DNA of 64,000 bases, from contig OZ237755.1 in the NCBI GenBank assembly GCA_965178125.1, forward strand, positions 248,001 to 312,000, read 5' to 3'. Shown here one piece after another: positions 24,843 through 36,900 of the stretch. How positions within the stretch are numbered: position 1 is the stretch's first letter; each line of letters opens with the position of its first letter. Source of the stretch: Bilabrum cf. latius. Its lineage: Eukaryota. The notes beneath the pieces are model-generated. The model did no database searches. It saw only the letters and a list, made by a program, of their open reading frames with translations, and was not told where the DNA came from. Position numbers and translations under genes: made by a program.

Positions 24843-25445
24843 ATGGGAGGTCAGACTATCTCTGCACCGTATGTATTTCCGACTGCAAGTGAGCTTGCGC
24901 CAGTGGCGGCCGCAACTGTAGCGCTGATTGGCGTGGGTGTAGTTGATACCCTCGCCGCAGCAAAGATGAGGGACATTACCGGCGTGCGATCTCCTCGCAT
25001 GGATGGCCCGCCTTTTTTTATGCGGGGCCAAAGGGCATAGATGAACACCATTGAGCAGGCAGTATGGTTTGTTCCCTCTCTTTGGATGCACGCAACTCTG
25101 TGCAGTCCGACTGCTGCCGCATACGTTGGTGGCTCGTATGCCCTCACCAGACTGCTGTACGGCGTCGCTGTGCGAGCGAACCGATACGATTTGGTCCACA
25201 TGCTGACTCTGCCCGGCTATTTCATGACTGGTTACCTTGCGCTGGGGCCAATTCACAGTCACATTCTCACACGGCGCCTCGGGATGGGCGAACGCACTTC
25301 AGCAGCAATTCTTGCAGGGGCATACTGCGCAGTACTAGCAGCAGCTGACATCTACGCCAACTCTCTGCGCTCTGTCGCCAAGGAAGAGGGAGCTGAAGGC
25401 AAGCCAGATCCCAGCAAGGATGGGAGGATTGTGAAGGCGGAGTGA
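24843..25445 (+). CDS. MAPEG family membrane protein (microsomal GST / LTC4 synthase-like)
   Basis: Four hydrophobic segments. GVRSPRMDG..F.R.QRA(TAG)MNTIEQ..WF.P.LW and TRLLY match the MAPEG signature RAQxNxxE. TAG 25038 joins two adjacent ORFs; ends TGA. Confidence 0.85.
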
Positions 25446-25678
25446 GGGCATTGGGGCTGCCGCCGTTAGTAGCATGTGTTATGATTCACCAGCGGCCCGC
25501 CGGTTTACTGAGTCATGCGCGTGCAGCGTGCCGATTTTGGCTTCATGTTGGTGATTGATTCGAGAGCTTCCGGCTTGGCCACTGGCACTGCTCCGCGCCT
25601 ACAAAGTTACAATACAAGCTTCTCATGAGCGCCGTCATCCAAGTGAATATGCAAGTTAAGATTCATTGATCTATTCAT

Positions 25679-28600
25679 ATGGATACGACTCCTTTCGACA
25701 CCCCTAGCCGCAATCACTTTCCAAGCAAACGGGACCTAAATGACGAACTGGCATGCGACACGAAATCAGAGTCGTCGGATGACACAGATTCGAACACAAA
25801 GGACAATAAACGCCGACTCAGTATTGAACTGGTTGGTTTGCTTCGAGAAGGCCACAGGTTCGAGGAGGAGGACGTGAGAGGTTGAAATCAAACGCAAACG
25901 GCGACGAGCATGATTCGATCATTGTTCCACACTCAACTCCCTTGGCCATCAAGTATCGCAGCATGATGATTCTGACTCAACATTCGACCTCTCTGGCTCC
26001 GGAGAGGACGGGCTGGAAGGGGCTGCCGCAGATCACGCTGGTGTGCCTGCGAGCAGGGCTGGTGGGCATCAGCATGGGCTTGGTCCACATGCGATCCCGT
26101 ACCTGATGACACCTCCAAGGAAGCCAAAAGTTGACGGGGAGAGGAGGGTTGTCGATGCATCGGCCGCAAAGCCCGGGGTGGTCACTCGAGTGCCGGCACG
26201 CCCGTTCGATGTTGTGACTGCCATGGAGTCCAGTGAGCGCATTAGAAATCAAAAACGACAGAGCTTGGGTAGGATTAATGCACTTGCCAGTGGCCATGAT
26301 TGCGATGGCACGAACGACAGCGGCGATCCGGACGCCGATTTGAGTGCGAGCGTCACCCCGGAGCAACTGCTCGAGTAGAGCGCAGATGCTGCTGAGCTAC
26401 CATCATGGGCAGCGGGCTCTTCTGCTTGGGGACTCGATGCACACAGCACGGGATCATTTGCTTAGATGCAAATTGGTGCTCGTATGCAAGAGCGTGGGAC
26501 AGGGGTCACTTCCAGCGAGCACGCTAGCCCATCGGCGGATGCTGCTGGCATGCCAACCAACGAGCCGCTCAGCCCGATCCAAGCTACCGACGATGACAGC
26601 GGAAACCACCCCGCATATTTTGCTGATCCTAACAACTCATTGCCGGCCTGGGACATCGGCATGCAGCTCATCCCTCCCGCCGGGGCACCAGACAAGGAAA
26701 GCGAACACAAGCAATCCGCGAGCGAGCATCGGCAAGCCGCTCAGCGTGTGGAGGGCTCGAGCGCAGAAGAGCTGGAGTGGTCCCCACCCAGGCACCCATT
26801 GGATCATCATCTAGGGCATGGGGAGGGGCTCGATGCGGCCCTGGATGCTGCCGCTCAGGATGGGCTCATGGTGCAGGGCATGCACGTGCAGGGCATGCAC
26901 GGGGCAGACCAGTGGGACGGTCGGAGCGGGGGAAGGCGCGCAGTGCCTGGAGATGTCATGTCGCGGAGCGAGCGGCTTCCGAGCCGTGCAAATGCGCCAC
27001 TCGCTGGCATACTAGGTCACAGCGGATCCGACAAGCCACTTAGCAACGGCGCACATGATTTGAGCCGACCTGACGCCGCTGATGCCGATGCTACCTCTGG
27101 CGATCTGGTCCGGCACGGTGGGGACTCCTCTCTCCCGCAGGAATCGGCTCAAGGCGGCGATGATTCAAGCTGGGACGGGCCAGAGGCCGACAGCACCATG
27201 CTAGCAGATGACCTGGGTGGGCATTCTCCGACCGAATACGACGATGACAATGCAAGACCAGCAGCGGCTCACGCAGGCAATGCCACTAGTTCACGCGAGG
27301 ATCATCAACTTCCGGTGGTGAACGGCACTGGTGGCAGTCCCAGACGCCACAAGGTTACTCCACTGCGATAGAGAGGTGCATTTGTAGGCAGTGCTGACGG
27401 GTTTGCGATCGCCATCGGGCCTAAGTCTGCCGTTACACCTGAGAGGCGAGACACGCAGCCAGCCAGCTCACACGCCTAGGGTAACCGCCGGCTTGTTGGG
27501 GAGGAATCTGCGCCATCCCTGCCTGCACTCAGCCCTGTTCTTCTTGGAGCAGACCATAGGGCGCTGTCGCCCGTACTAGAGCGCGCCGACAGCAACGATG
27601 GCAGCAGCGGTGATCACCAGCAGCAAGAGCCGGCCGTGCGAGGCAAACCTCCGCTGACTCCCGCGCCGACCTCTCCGAGGCCGTCCCAGGCCGGGTCTGC
27701 GCGCTCGCTGGGCCGCCCGCCCCTTCACGACGGGTCCAGACACACGCCGGAGCAGCTGCGTGTCTCGGTGACCGCGTCCCTCCGCCGCCTTGCGATAGAC
27801 GAGGAGGAGGAGGACGCCGAGGAGGACGGCGAGGTGTCGGCGATCGGGCTCTGCGATGTCCGGGCGATGGATCATGACGCAGACGTGCAGCACGCTGCCG
27901 GGGCTCAGCTGCAGCATGTCGGCAGCCCGGAATCGAAAGTCCACTCGACGGTCCCCAGCCCTGCAGACCGATCCCTCCCGCACACCCTTTCCCCGGCCCG
28001 TCGGCAATCCACTGGATCTGCTGGTGCGCTCAACCTCACGGGCATGAGTCCCGAGGTGCAGCGCATGGTGCGCGAGCGACACGCGAAGGAGCGATTCCAT
28101 GAGCCGCTCTTCGGGCCATCTGGTGATGCAGCGGCCCAGCAAGAATCACTGAGAGAGGGTCCAGGGGCAGGCCCGGCACGGGACAGGCAGGGTCCCAGCG
28201 AGAGCTCCGATGAGCAGGCGGGTCAGTCGACCCGTTGCCCACCCAATGGGGGTGGTCCATTGCAAGACGGACTCTCGAAGTCGCGCAGTCGGACACCTCA
28301 GTCAGATCGTGTCAGCGGAGCTGATGGGCCGCTCACAGACGAACACGGGGGTGCCAATAGTCCTGGCGCTCCTCAGGACTCTGGATTCGGATCCGATGAG
28401 TCTGTTGTGAAATCGCTCCGCTTTGACGACACGCCAGTGACGCCCCCTCGCCACCACTCGCTCAGCACCCTTGGCGGGCGGGCAGCCTCAGGAGGTCGAG
28501 CGAGGGAGCTCTCAGGCGACGCGATCGGCCGCAACAGGCTATAGGGTTCGCACTCCGAGCTGCAGTCATCTCCAGGAATGGACACGCTGCAGCACGTGAC

Positions 28601-30437
28601 CCTCGCCTCCGTCCCAAGCGCCAGGAGGGGTGCTGCAGCCGGAGTTGCCTAGCATGCCTCTACCAGCGGTACTGCAGCGGAGCAGCATCTCACAGACGAC
28701 CGCTCTAGCGGAAGCATTGGGGTGTCTGTGACGCAAAGCGATGGTAAAAGGCAGCCTAGCAGCGTGGAGGAGACCGGCACCAGGCCGATGGATGACAGGG
28801 CTGCGCCGTGGGACTCGCTCTACTGGGCCGAACCCCGCCGCTACTCCATCGCTGACCTCTCAGCGGGTCCTGCCGCCGGTATGGGCGCCTTTGCGCGAGA
28901 GAGGGAAAGAGCGGCCCGCTCCACGCCCGGCCACCTGGTGTTCTCTCCAGCTATCGTAGCTCATTCGGATGCCCGCCGCAGCACTGGCCCGGCCTGGGAG
29001 GTCACCCCACTGCCCGACTCTGGGAATAGTGCGGGCATACGAGGATACAGGAGCTCGCGCGGCATCTCTGAGGCATGGGAGCTTGCTTCTCCGAGCAGGA
29101 CCAGCACGGCATCTGGCGGACGGAGCAGCGGGCTGGGTGTCAGCGGGCTGCAGAATGCATCCGCGCTCGGTGTCTCGCTGGCGAGGGCCCGATCAGACGG
29201 ACCCGGCGCGGTGCTGTCTGATGAAGACGACGAGGACGGTATTGCCGAAGACATCGCAACCACATCCCGGGTTCGGTTCGGTGCGCGCACCAGCAGTTAG
29301 AAAGCGGTTGGCAGTGCGGCAGCCCCGAGGTCACCACAGCAGCTGATGCGCTCCTCCTGGCGAAAGTCTTTATCCGCTAGAAGCCGGGCCTCCATGCGCC
29401 GGTTGCGGCAAGACAGGCAGGGCCACAGAGGCGGTACGGCTATCGGCACAGTCTCGGCGTCCACCGGGCAGCGCGGTGCAGTGGTTGCAGCGGCAGCAGA
29501 GGACTTGGGGGGTCCTCGATACCGGCACCAGATGGACGCCAGCCAGAGCTCCGAGGCTGCGTTTCTCGAGGCTTTCCACTCCCTCGGGGGCACCAGCAGG
29601 GCCAGGGGAGGGAGCGCTTCTGTGGAGCTGTCCCTTTCTGCCTCGTCTGCGTCCTTGCTGCGGAGCACGAGAGGTGGAGGCAGGCGGTCCATGGGGGCAA
29701 GCCGTGCCCTGGACAGCACCAGGGCATCCACGGCCGGGCTGGTGGGGAACAGGCAGCGGGCTGCCCTCATGACCGCCTCTTACCTGGCGCATGCCGGCCG
29801 CCCCTTGACTGCAAGCAGGACCGGGGGACGCCCTGCTCCGAGGTTTGGATCGCCCGACCCCCACCCAGCAGCTGCTCGGACCCCTGCCGGATTTCGGCCT
29901 GCGTCCTTCACGGGCGAATCTGCAGCCTCCAGCTAGCACAGGCTCGCCGGTCGTTCATCATTTGCTGGCAGGGGGGACAGTAGGAGAAGGAGAAGCGGCG
30001 TGCAGGGTACCGCCCCCGATCGATTCGCACGGTGGGAGGCGTCATCTAGCGCGGGTGCATCGCACGGTGGTGCCATGCATCGGGCGGGCCACGCCGCCAC
30101 TGCAGACCTCACTGACGGTGGTCAAAGGCCTGCGAACGAGAGTGGGGGCGGGCTGGCCAGGTTTGGGAGCTGGGCTGCGTTAAGTGCATCCGTCGGCGGT
30201 GGCATTGGTTCTCAAGCGGCTGCTGCTCGGGCTGAGGCGGGTGGGAGGGAGCACCGGCTTGCGCACAGCCATCGTGACCCTGCAGCGTCGACAAAGGCAG
30301 GTCTGCCTCGAAGCCAGGTAGCAGGGGCGTCCTAGGCGGCTGAGCTGCTCGGTGCCGGGCAGCTAAGGGACAGCGGGATTTGGGGGCCCGAGGTGGAGCG
30401 GCGGCGCGCAGCTCTCTCTGTTGCTGACTTGAGCTGA
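25679..30437 (+). CDS. Large, probably disordered Ser/Gly/Ala/Arg-rich hypothetical protein; join(25679..25873,25962..30437)
   Basis: GTGAGA...CGCAG phase-0 intron. One frame open for ~4.5 kb across 9 TAG to TGA 30435-30437. Confidence 0.7.
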
Positions 30438-30631
30438 CCTCGACTTAGCATGCTATGCAACCGACACGATCCCTATCAGTCATCAGGCTGCCTCGATGGC
30501 TACTCGACTGAGTTGAGGTGGGTCCGAACTGCAACTGCACTGCACTGTTTTGAATCGACTTGGGGGGAACGTGCAGTCATTATCCCACCCGAGCCGAACA
30601 AGCCACCTGCCACCCTAGAGCGTTCTAAATA

Positions 30632-31953
30632 ATGGCTGCTTTCTAGTGGGCAGATCGCCAAGAGGACATTCGTGATAACATCAGCAGCTTCGAACGTGCT
30701 GCAAACCAAGGGTGGATTGAGGAGATGGAACGGATTCTCCGCTCACGAACAGATCCAGAAGGATGTATTTTAACTTCTTCGTACGTGAGCAATGGGCGCA
30801 ACAATTGTGGCGGTGCTTAGCCTTGATTGTGGCTCAGCGCATACCATTCCCTTCGAGTGGCTCCCGGCGCAGAGGAGGTGGCTACCAATTCATCGCGCTG
30901 CTGACACTGGCAAGCACCAAGTTATCAAATTTCTGTTAGATAATGGCTGTGACCCCGATGCAATCGGACCGGAATCTGTGAGATTGCTCCGAGAAGGGTC
31001 ATTCGACTTTTCTAGCATGGTAAACTTTAGGCCACCCTAAAGAAATCAGCTGCACGTAGCAGTGCATCCCACTCATGAGATATGTCCTAACTCATAATGC
31101 TACTGCAGCGCGGCATACAACTCTCCCCGCTGCACCTTGCGGCTCGAGCCGGGCACGCGAGGTGCTGCCTGGCGCTTCTCCAAGGTGGAGCAGACGTCAA
31201 CATGAAGGTCAAAACAGTCATTGAGAGCTAGTACGCCTTGAAATACTTGTATGGGTGCGAAAACGGGTCCACATCTCTACACTGCGCTGTCTACAGAGGC
31301 CGGGTTGTGGCCGCGGCTATCCTACTTGCGCACGGTGCTGATCTGAACGCAGAATCGGACGTAAGTTGAACAAGTTGAACCCCTGGCGAGCTCCTCCAAA
31401 ACCCTGCCCATTGCCAGATTGCTGAGAAAGAATGCCGATGCGTCTAATGCCAAGCGCGCAGGCTGGTCACACGCCGCTCTACTGCGCGGCCGTCCAAAAG
31501 AACAGATATGAGTCCCACTGGCGCCGCAGCGAGCCGCGCGCCTTTCTGCTGGCGGCCATGATCCAGGCTGAGGGGGACTCCATGGCGTGTCTGCGGTACC
31601 TGCTGCGCAACTGTGGCCAAGATGACAGAACGGCGATGTGCAGTATGCTGCGGTGGCCGAGCAAGTTCGGCGCTCTGGCCCGGTGGAGGCACGCAGCTGA
31701 CGCCAAAAGGGATGCTGCGCTCGTGTTCCAGGCGGCCAGTGAGGGCAGGCCCATGGAGCTGGCCAAGCGTCTAAGGCTAGGTAGATTGGCGGGTGGCATG
31801 CAGATGAAGGGAGTTGTGGCGGGAACGGGTGGTGATGGTGATGGTGATGACTTGCGCTGCCAGTGCACCCCTTTGGAGGCAGCTAGGCTGGGGGGCCACG
31901 AGGAGTGCGTGAGGGTGCTGCTGGAGTGCTTCAAGGGTGAAGAACGGGCGTAA
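30632..31953 (+). CDS. Ankyrin-repeat protein, tandem copy 1; join(30632..30784,30873..30977,31109..31360,31462..31953)
   Basis: PIHRAADTG, SPLHLAARAGH, TSLHCAVYRG, GHTPLYCAA, TPLEAARLGGHEECVRVLL. Three phase-0 introns, two with CTAAC/CTAAT branch-like motifs. Ends TAA. Confidence 0.85.
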
Positions 31954-33597
31954 CCACGAACTAGTTAAGCCGAACAAGAGAAGGGGCTGGTGTTCTCGAT
32001 CGGTGGCAGTGATTCCGGTTTTAATATCCCAGTTTTGTTCGTTCGTTCGCAGCGAGCGGATGCACTGACAGAGCACGATTGTGTCTCAGCTGTATACTTT
32101 TATCTCGGAAGGGGCTGCAAGGTGCAACAAGTGCCGGATAGAGAAGCGCAGAGACCTGCAAAAAGCACTTCGCGGCCGGGGCTTGTGACCCGAACATTGC
32201 AAAGGCCTGCATTGCTGCATTTATTTAGTCGCGTTGATGGTATTACATGTACGCCGCAAGATATGAGCATCAGCATCGGCGGTGAGAAAAAAAGCACGCA
32301 ATGGCCCTGGTGCAGCAAGGAAGCCGATGCGTTCTCAAACCATTAGTATTCGACACGACTGTATTCTCCATGTGCGTAGCAAAGACCATGGTAATGTTAT
32401 CGTTGAATTCCAGCGGGCTTGCTTGGCCGGTCAAGATGAAACGGCCAAACAAATATATAAACAGGCACCGCGCAGATCTAGAGCCGTGCTGCTGGAACGC
32501 GAATCGTACGTGAGGTTCGACACAGGAAAAGTGCATGTTGGCTCGCGATGTGCTTAGCATGTCACGCTAAAATAACTCGGGGAAGTCACCGTGCTTGTTG
32601 TTCGCAGACCAACTGGCACCCTCTGCATCACGCCGCGGATACAGGACTGGCAGGTGTTTGTTAGTTCCTGCTGCGCGCCGGGACTGATCCCAACGTGCTG
32701 GGTACTGTAAGTTTTGCTTGTAAAAAGGTACACATAGCCTGTTTTCATTGTATGATCCGCGCAACAAGCATAAAATTGACCCAAATCTGCGCAGCGCACT
32801 GCCCCTTGGACGCCTCTCCATCTCGCGGCACGCTCGGGCCATGGTGAAGTGTGCAGGCTCCTGATCAGAAGCGGTGCAAACATGGATTTTAAGGCTGGAA
32901 CAATGTCATGTGGTCCGACATATTTCGAGAAGAGCACGCAGAAGGGGTGGACGCCCCTACACTGGGCGGCATTCCGTGGGCGGGTCGCCACTGCCGCGGT
33001 CCTGCTCGCTGCTGGGGCGAGCATGGAGATCCGATCCAGCGTGAGGCATCACCTGTGCGATCCATGTCAGAGTTTGTCATTTCACTTGCATTATCATGGG
33101 CATTGACGGCGTCACTAGCTAGCCCTCACGGCACGCAGGACAAAGGCCACACTGCGCTAGACGTGGCCCGCACTGTCGATAACCTCATATACCAAAAGAG
33201 GTATGACGCCGACCGCGCCTTCCTCGCGGACATGATGCACCGGTCCAAAGGAGATGGTCAGGAGTGCGTGCGGCTGCTTCTTGCACACGGCAGGCCAGCG
33301 CTGAGGCTGCAGATCATGCGACAAGTGGTTTGGCCGAGGCGATCCAGGCGGCTGGCCCGGTGGAGGCACGCAGCTGATGCCAAAAGGGATGCTGCGCTCG
33401 TGTTCCAGGCGGCCAGTGAGGGCAGGCCCATGGAGCTGACCAAGCGTCTAAGGCTAGGTAGATTGGCGGGTGGCCTGCAGATGAAGGGAGTTGTGGCGGG
33501 AACGGGAGGTGATGGTGATGGTGATGGCTTGCGCTGCCAGTGCACCCCTTTGGAGGCAGCTAGGCTCGGGGGCCACGAGGAGTGCGTGAGAGTGCTG
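31675..33597 (+). repeat. 246-bp direct repeat: 31675-31920 and 33352-33597
   Basis: By eye about 7 substitutions and no indels; lies in the last exon of both ankyrin genes. Confidence 0.92.
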
Positions 33598-33777
33598 GAG
33601 GAGGAGGCTTTCGTCGAGGAAAAGAGACGCCGCGCTGCTCCCCCATAGCCAAGCCCGGAGAGAGCTGCAGCCGCTGCTGCTGGCAGGGGCAGGGGGGAAT
33701 CCAAGGGCACACCAGCAGCGCCTGACGGGAGCGCAGGCCAAAGAGGGGGATCTGTCCTATAGTGTGTTTGTTTCTAA
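32327..33777 (+). CDS. Ankyrin-repeat protein, tandem copy 2 (4 exons; start uncertain)
   Basis: HPLHHAADTG, TPLHLAARSGH, GWTPLHWAAFRG, GHTALDVA, TPLEAARLGGH. Intron positions equivalent to copy 1. TAG at 32662, 33646, 33760; first non-TAG stop is TAA 33775-33777. Confidence 0.8.
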
Positions 33778-33943
33778 GACGCTAATTTGTGAGTGGCTTT
33801 GATCGTGGGTGCCCCACACCACTTGTGCCCACCAACTGCAACTGCACTGTCTTGGGCTGCTCTCCCCGGTCTTCATCTTGACCGACACACGACTTCCGAC
33901 CATAAATCATCGAATTAAGCCCATATCTTCCTCTATTTTGCAA

Positions 33944-36900
33944 ATGAGTATGAATCAAAGATCTACACCGCTAGCTGGGGCGCGGATACGCATCGGAGTC
34001 TGCGCCATGGACAAGAAAGTGAGTGCCTACTGCTTAGCTTTGCAACAGCCAATGACTGCTGCCAGCCATGCACACGTAGAGCTCTCACGGACCTCGCGCC
34101 CCGTATTTGCAGGCACGAGGTCGACCAATGACTGAAATTCTCAGCAGGCTTCCGCGGGATATTTTCGATGTGGTGATCTTTGGAGACGACACGATTACCA
34201 ACGAACCGATTGAATCTTGGCCAGTCGTCGATTGTCTCATCGCTTTTTTTTCGGCCGGCTTCCCTCTCGCGAAGGGAATTAGGTATGTTATGCACAGGCG
34301 GCCGTACTGCGTCAATGACCTCACCTATGAGGTCATGATGAGGGATAGGCGAATGTTCTACAGCTAGCTGAGCCTCTGCGGCGTCCCCGTACCGAACCAC
34401 GTCGTGGTTTCGCGAGATGGACTCGGCGAGATGTGTTCGTAGCCCATGGAATGCGTGTCGGCCGCACTGAGTCGCATCGAGGCAGGCGACAAGGAGCTCA
34501 TCGGCATGTCGTGGCTCCGCGACCAGATTGATGCCATGGCGCGCGATGAAGCCGGCCCCCCCAGATCACCCAGCCCGACGGGTCACGGTAACAGGCTGTC
34601 GAGCTCACCGAGCGACCACCGCGCCATCTCTCCGAGCGGAGAGCCCGAGCTCCCTGCCGTCACGGGCACGGAGGTGGGCGGGCCTGGAGATGCGGGGTTG
34701 CCGATGCTGCCCACCAGCGGCAGCGGCAGCGGTTCGGCGGGGGCGGGTCCCGCGCCATCCTCTGCGGCCACGACCGCCAGTCAGACTTCCTCGCAGAGCG
34801 TCCCGCCGAGCCGCGCTCCCGATGGCGAGCTGCAGGTGTGGGAGACCGAGGACTGGCTGCAGGTGGGCACCCAGCGCATCTACAAGCCTTTTGTGGAGAA
34901 ACCCGTGGACGCGGAGGACCACAACGTGAGGATCTATTACCCCAGGAGGATGGGAGGAGGGTGCAAGCACCTCTTCCGCAAGCGCAAAGACCGCTCCTCG
35001 GAGTTCCGGGAGCACCAGTGGCGAGTCCGCACCAGGGGGTCCTTCATCTACGAGGAGTTCCTGTTGACCCAGGGGACGGACATCAAGGTGTACGCGGTGG
35101 GGCCGGAGTATGCGCACGCAGAAGCTCGCAAGAGTCCAGCGGTGGACGGGATCGTGTAGCGGGACAGAGACGGCAAGGAGCTTCGCTTCCCTATCATGCT
35201 GACGAGGGAGGAGAAAGAGCTGGCCAGGAGGGTGGTGCTCGGCTTCCGGCAGAACGTGTGCGGGTTTGACCTGCTGAGAACACCCCTCGGTAGCTATGTC
35301 TGCGACGTGAATGGGTGGAGTTTCGTGAAGAAGAGCGCAAAGTACTACGATGACGCCGCCTCGGTGGTGGCTCTCCTGTGCGCGAGGGCAGCCCGGGGCG
35401 CGTCCGCGCGAGCCGCGCCCGGTGCTGGTGCCTGGATTCTCTCCTCCCCCAGAGCCGGTCCCTCGCTGGCCATGAACCACGTGAGCCCCTTAGACGAGGA
35501 GCACCCGGGGCAGCTCCCGCCCGCCCTGCATGGGGAGGCGCAGCCCCGGTCAGGGGAGGGCGCGTCGGTGCGGCAGGCAGCCACCGCCGCTCTCGGAGGA
35601 GCCGCCGGCGTGGATGCCCCGGGCGCTGGTGCTCTCCCCGGGGCACCCACCAGCATCGTCGACATGCTGGAGGAGGCGGTGCAGCGGCGCGGCCGCTCCG
35701 CCAGTATCAGCGAGACGTCCAACGGCGACGAGGAGCTAAGGTGCGTGATCGCAGTGGTGAGGCACGGAGACAGGACACCAAAGCAGAAGCTCAAGATGAG
35801 CGTCAAGTCCCCGGCGTTTTTACAGCTCCACCGGCGCTTCGCGTACGGTCCCCGTAACGAGGCAGTGCTGAAGACGGCTAGGCAGCTACAGATGGTGCTG
35901 GATGCCGCCAGGCTGCTGATCGCCAAGACGGAGCACGCGGGAGACAGCGACTCTGACGGAGAGTACGAGAGCATCCGGAGATTGAGGTCGCTGAGGGCCG
36001 TTCTGGAGATGGGCGGCGAGTTCTCCGGTATCAATCGCAAGGTCCAAATCAAGCCCGTCAAGTGGGAGAAAGTCCCGAGGATGTCTGACGAGGACCGCAG
36101 ATCGTCTCTGCAGTCCCTTGTGGAACACTCCCCGAGAGGACCACCAGTGGCGGGGACTGGAGCCGCTGCAACGGCCGCGGTACCTATTCCAGACGGAAGA
36201 ACCACCCCGAACAGCGCCACTGGCAGCAGCGCTGGCAGTAGCAGCGGCGGTGGCGGTGGCCCAGGTACTGTGCCTGGCACGGTGAGCTTCGGGATCGGCG
36301 GGGGCGTGCCCTCTGCGCGGCGCATGCCGTCCGATGGATACATAGGGCTGTCAGGGATGGGGTCGTCTCCCGGCTCTTCCTCTGGGTCCAGACCCCCAGT
36401 GGGTGGAGGCGGGATGCCGGCACCGTCGACGGTGGGTATGGAGAGGGAGAGAGGAATCCTGGACGCGTCTGCCTCCCCTCGCCGGATCCACTCGGAGCTT
36501 TTGCGACCCGGCACCACCTCCCACCTGGAGGGGGGCCACGGGGACGAGGACGGGACGGCTGTCCCGGTGCGTAGGTCCAGCATGTCTTCGCTGGGCGGAC
36601 TCAGTCGCGGGGGGGTAGAGCACGACGAGGACATCATCGCGCACCATGGGAAAAGCGGGGTGCCTGTGGCACCGTCTGCCGTGCCTTGGCCTGACATGAC
36701 CATCGGCACCGACTAGAGTCAGGTGGGGGAGCGCACTGGCAGCAGGAGCAGGCGCAAGGGATCCAACTCCACACCACGACGGAAGCCAGGGGAGAGGCGG
36801 GTGAGCGCCGCGTCAGAGGCCACAAAGGACATACCCGACGCTGTAGTTGACCTGGGGGCTGGGAAGGAGATCCGGCGATGGGACCAGTCGACAGAGATCG

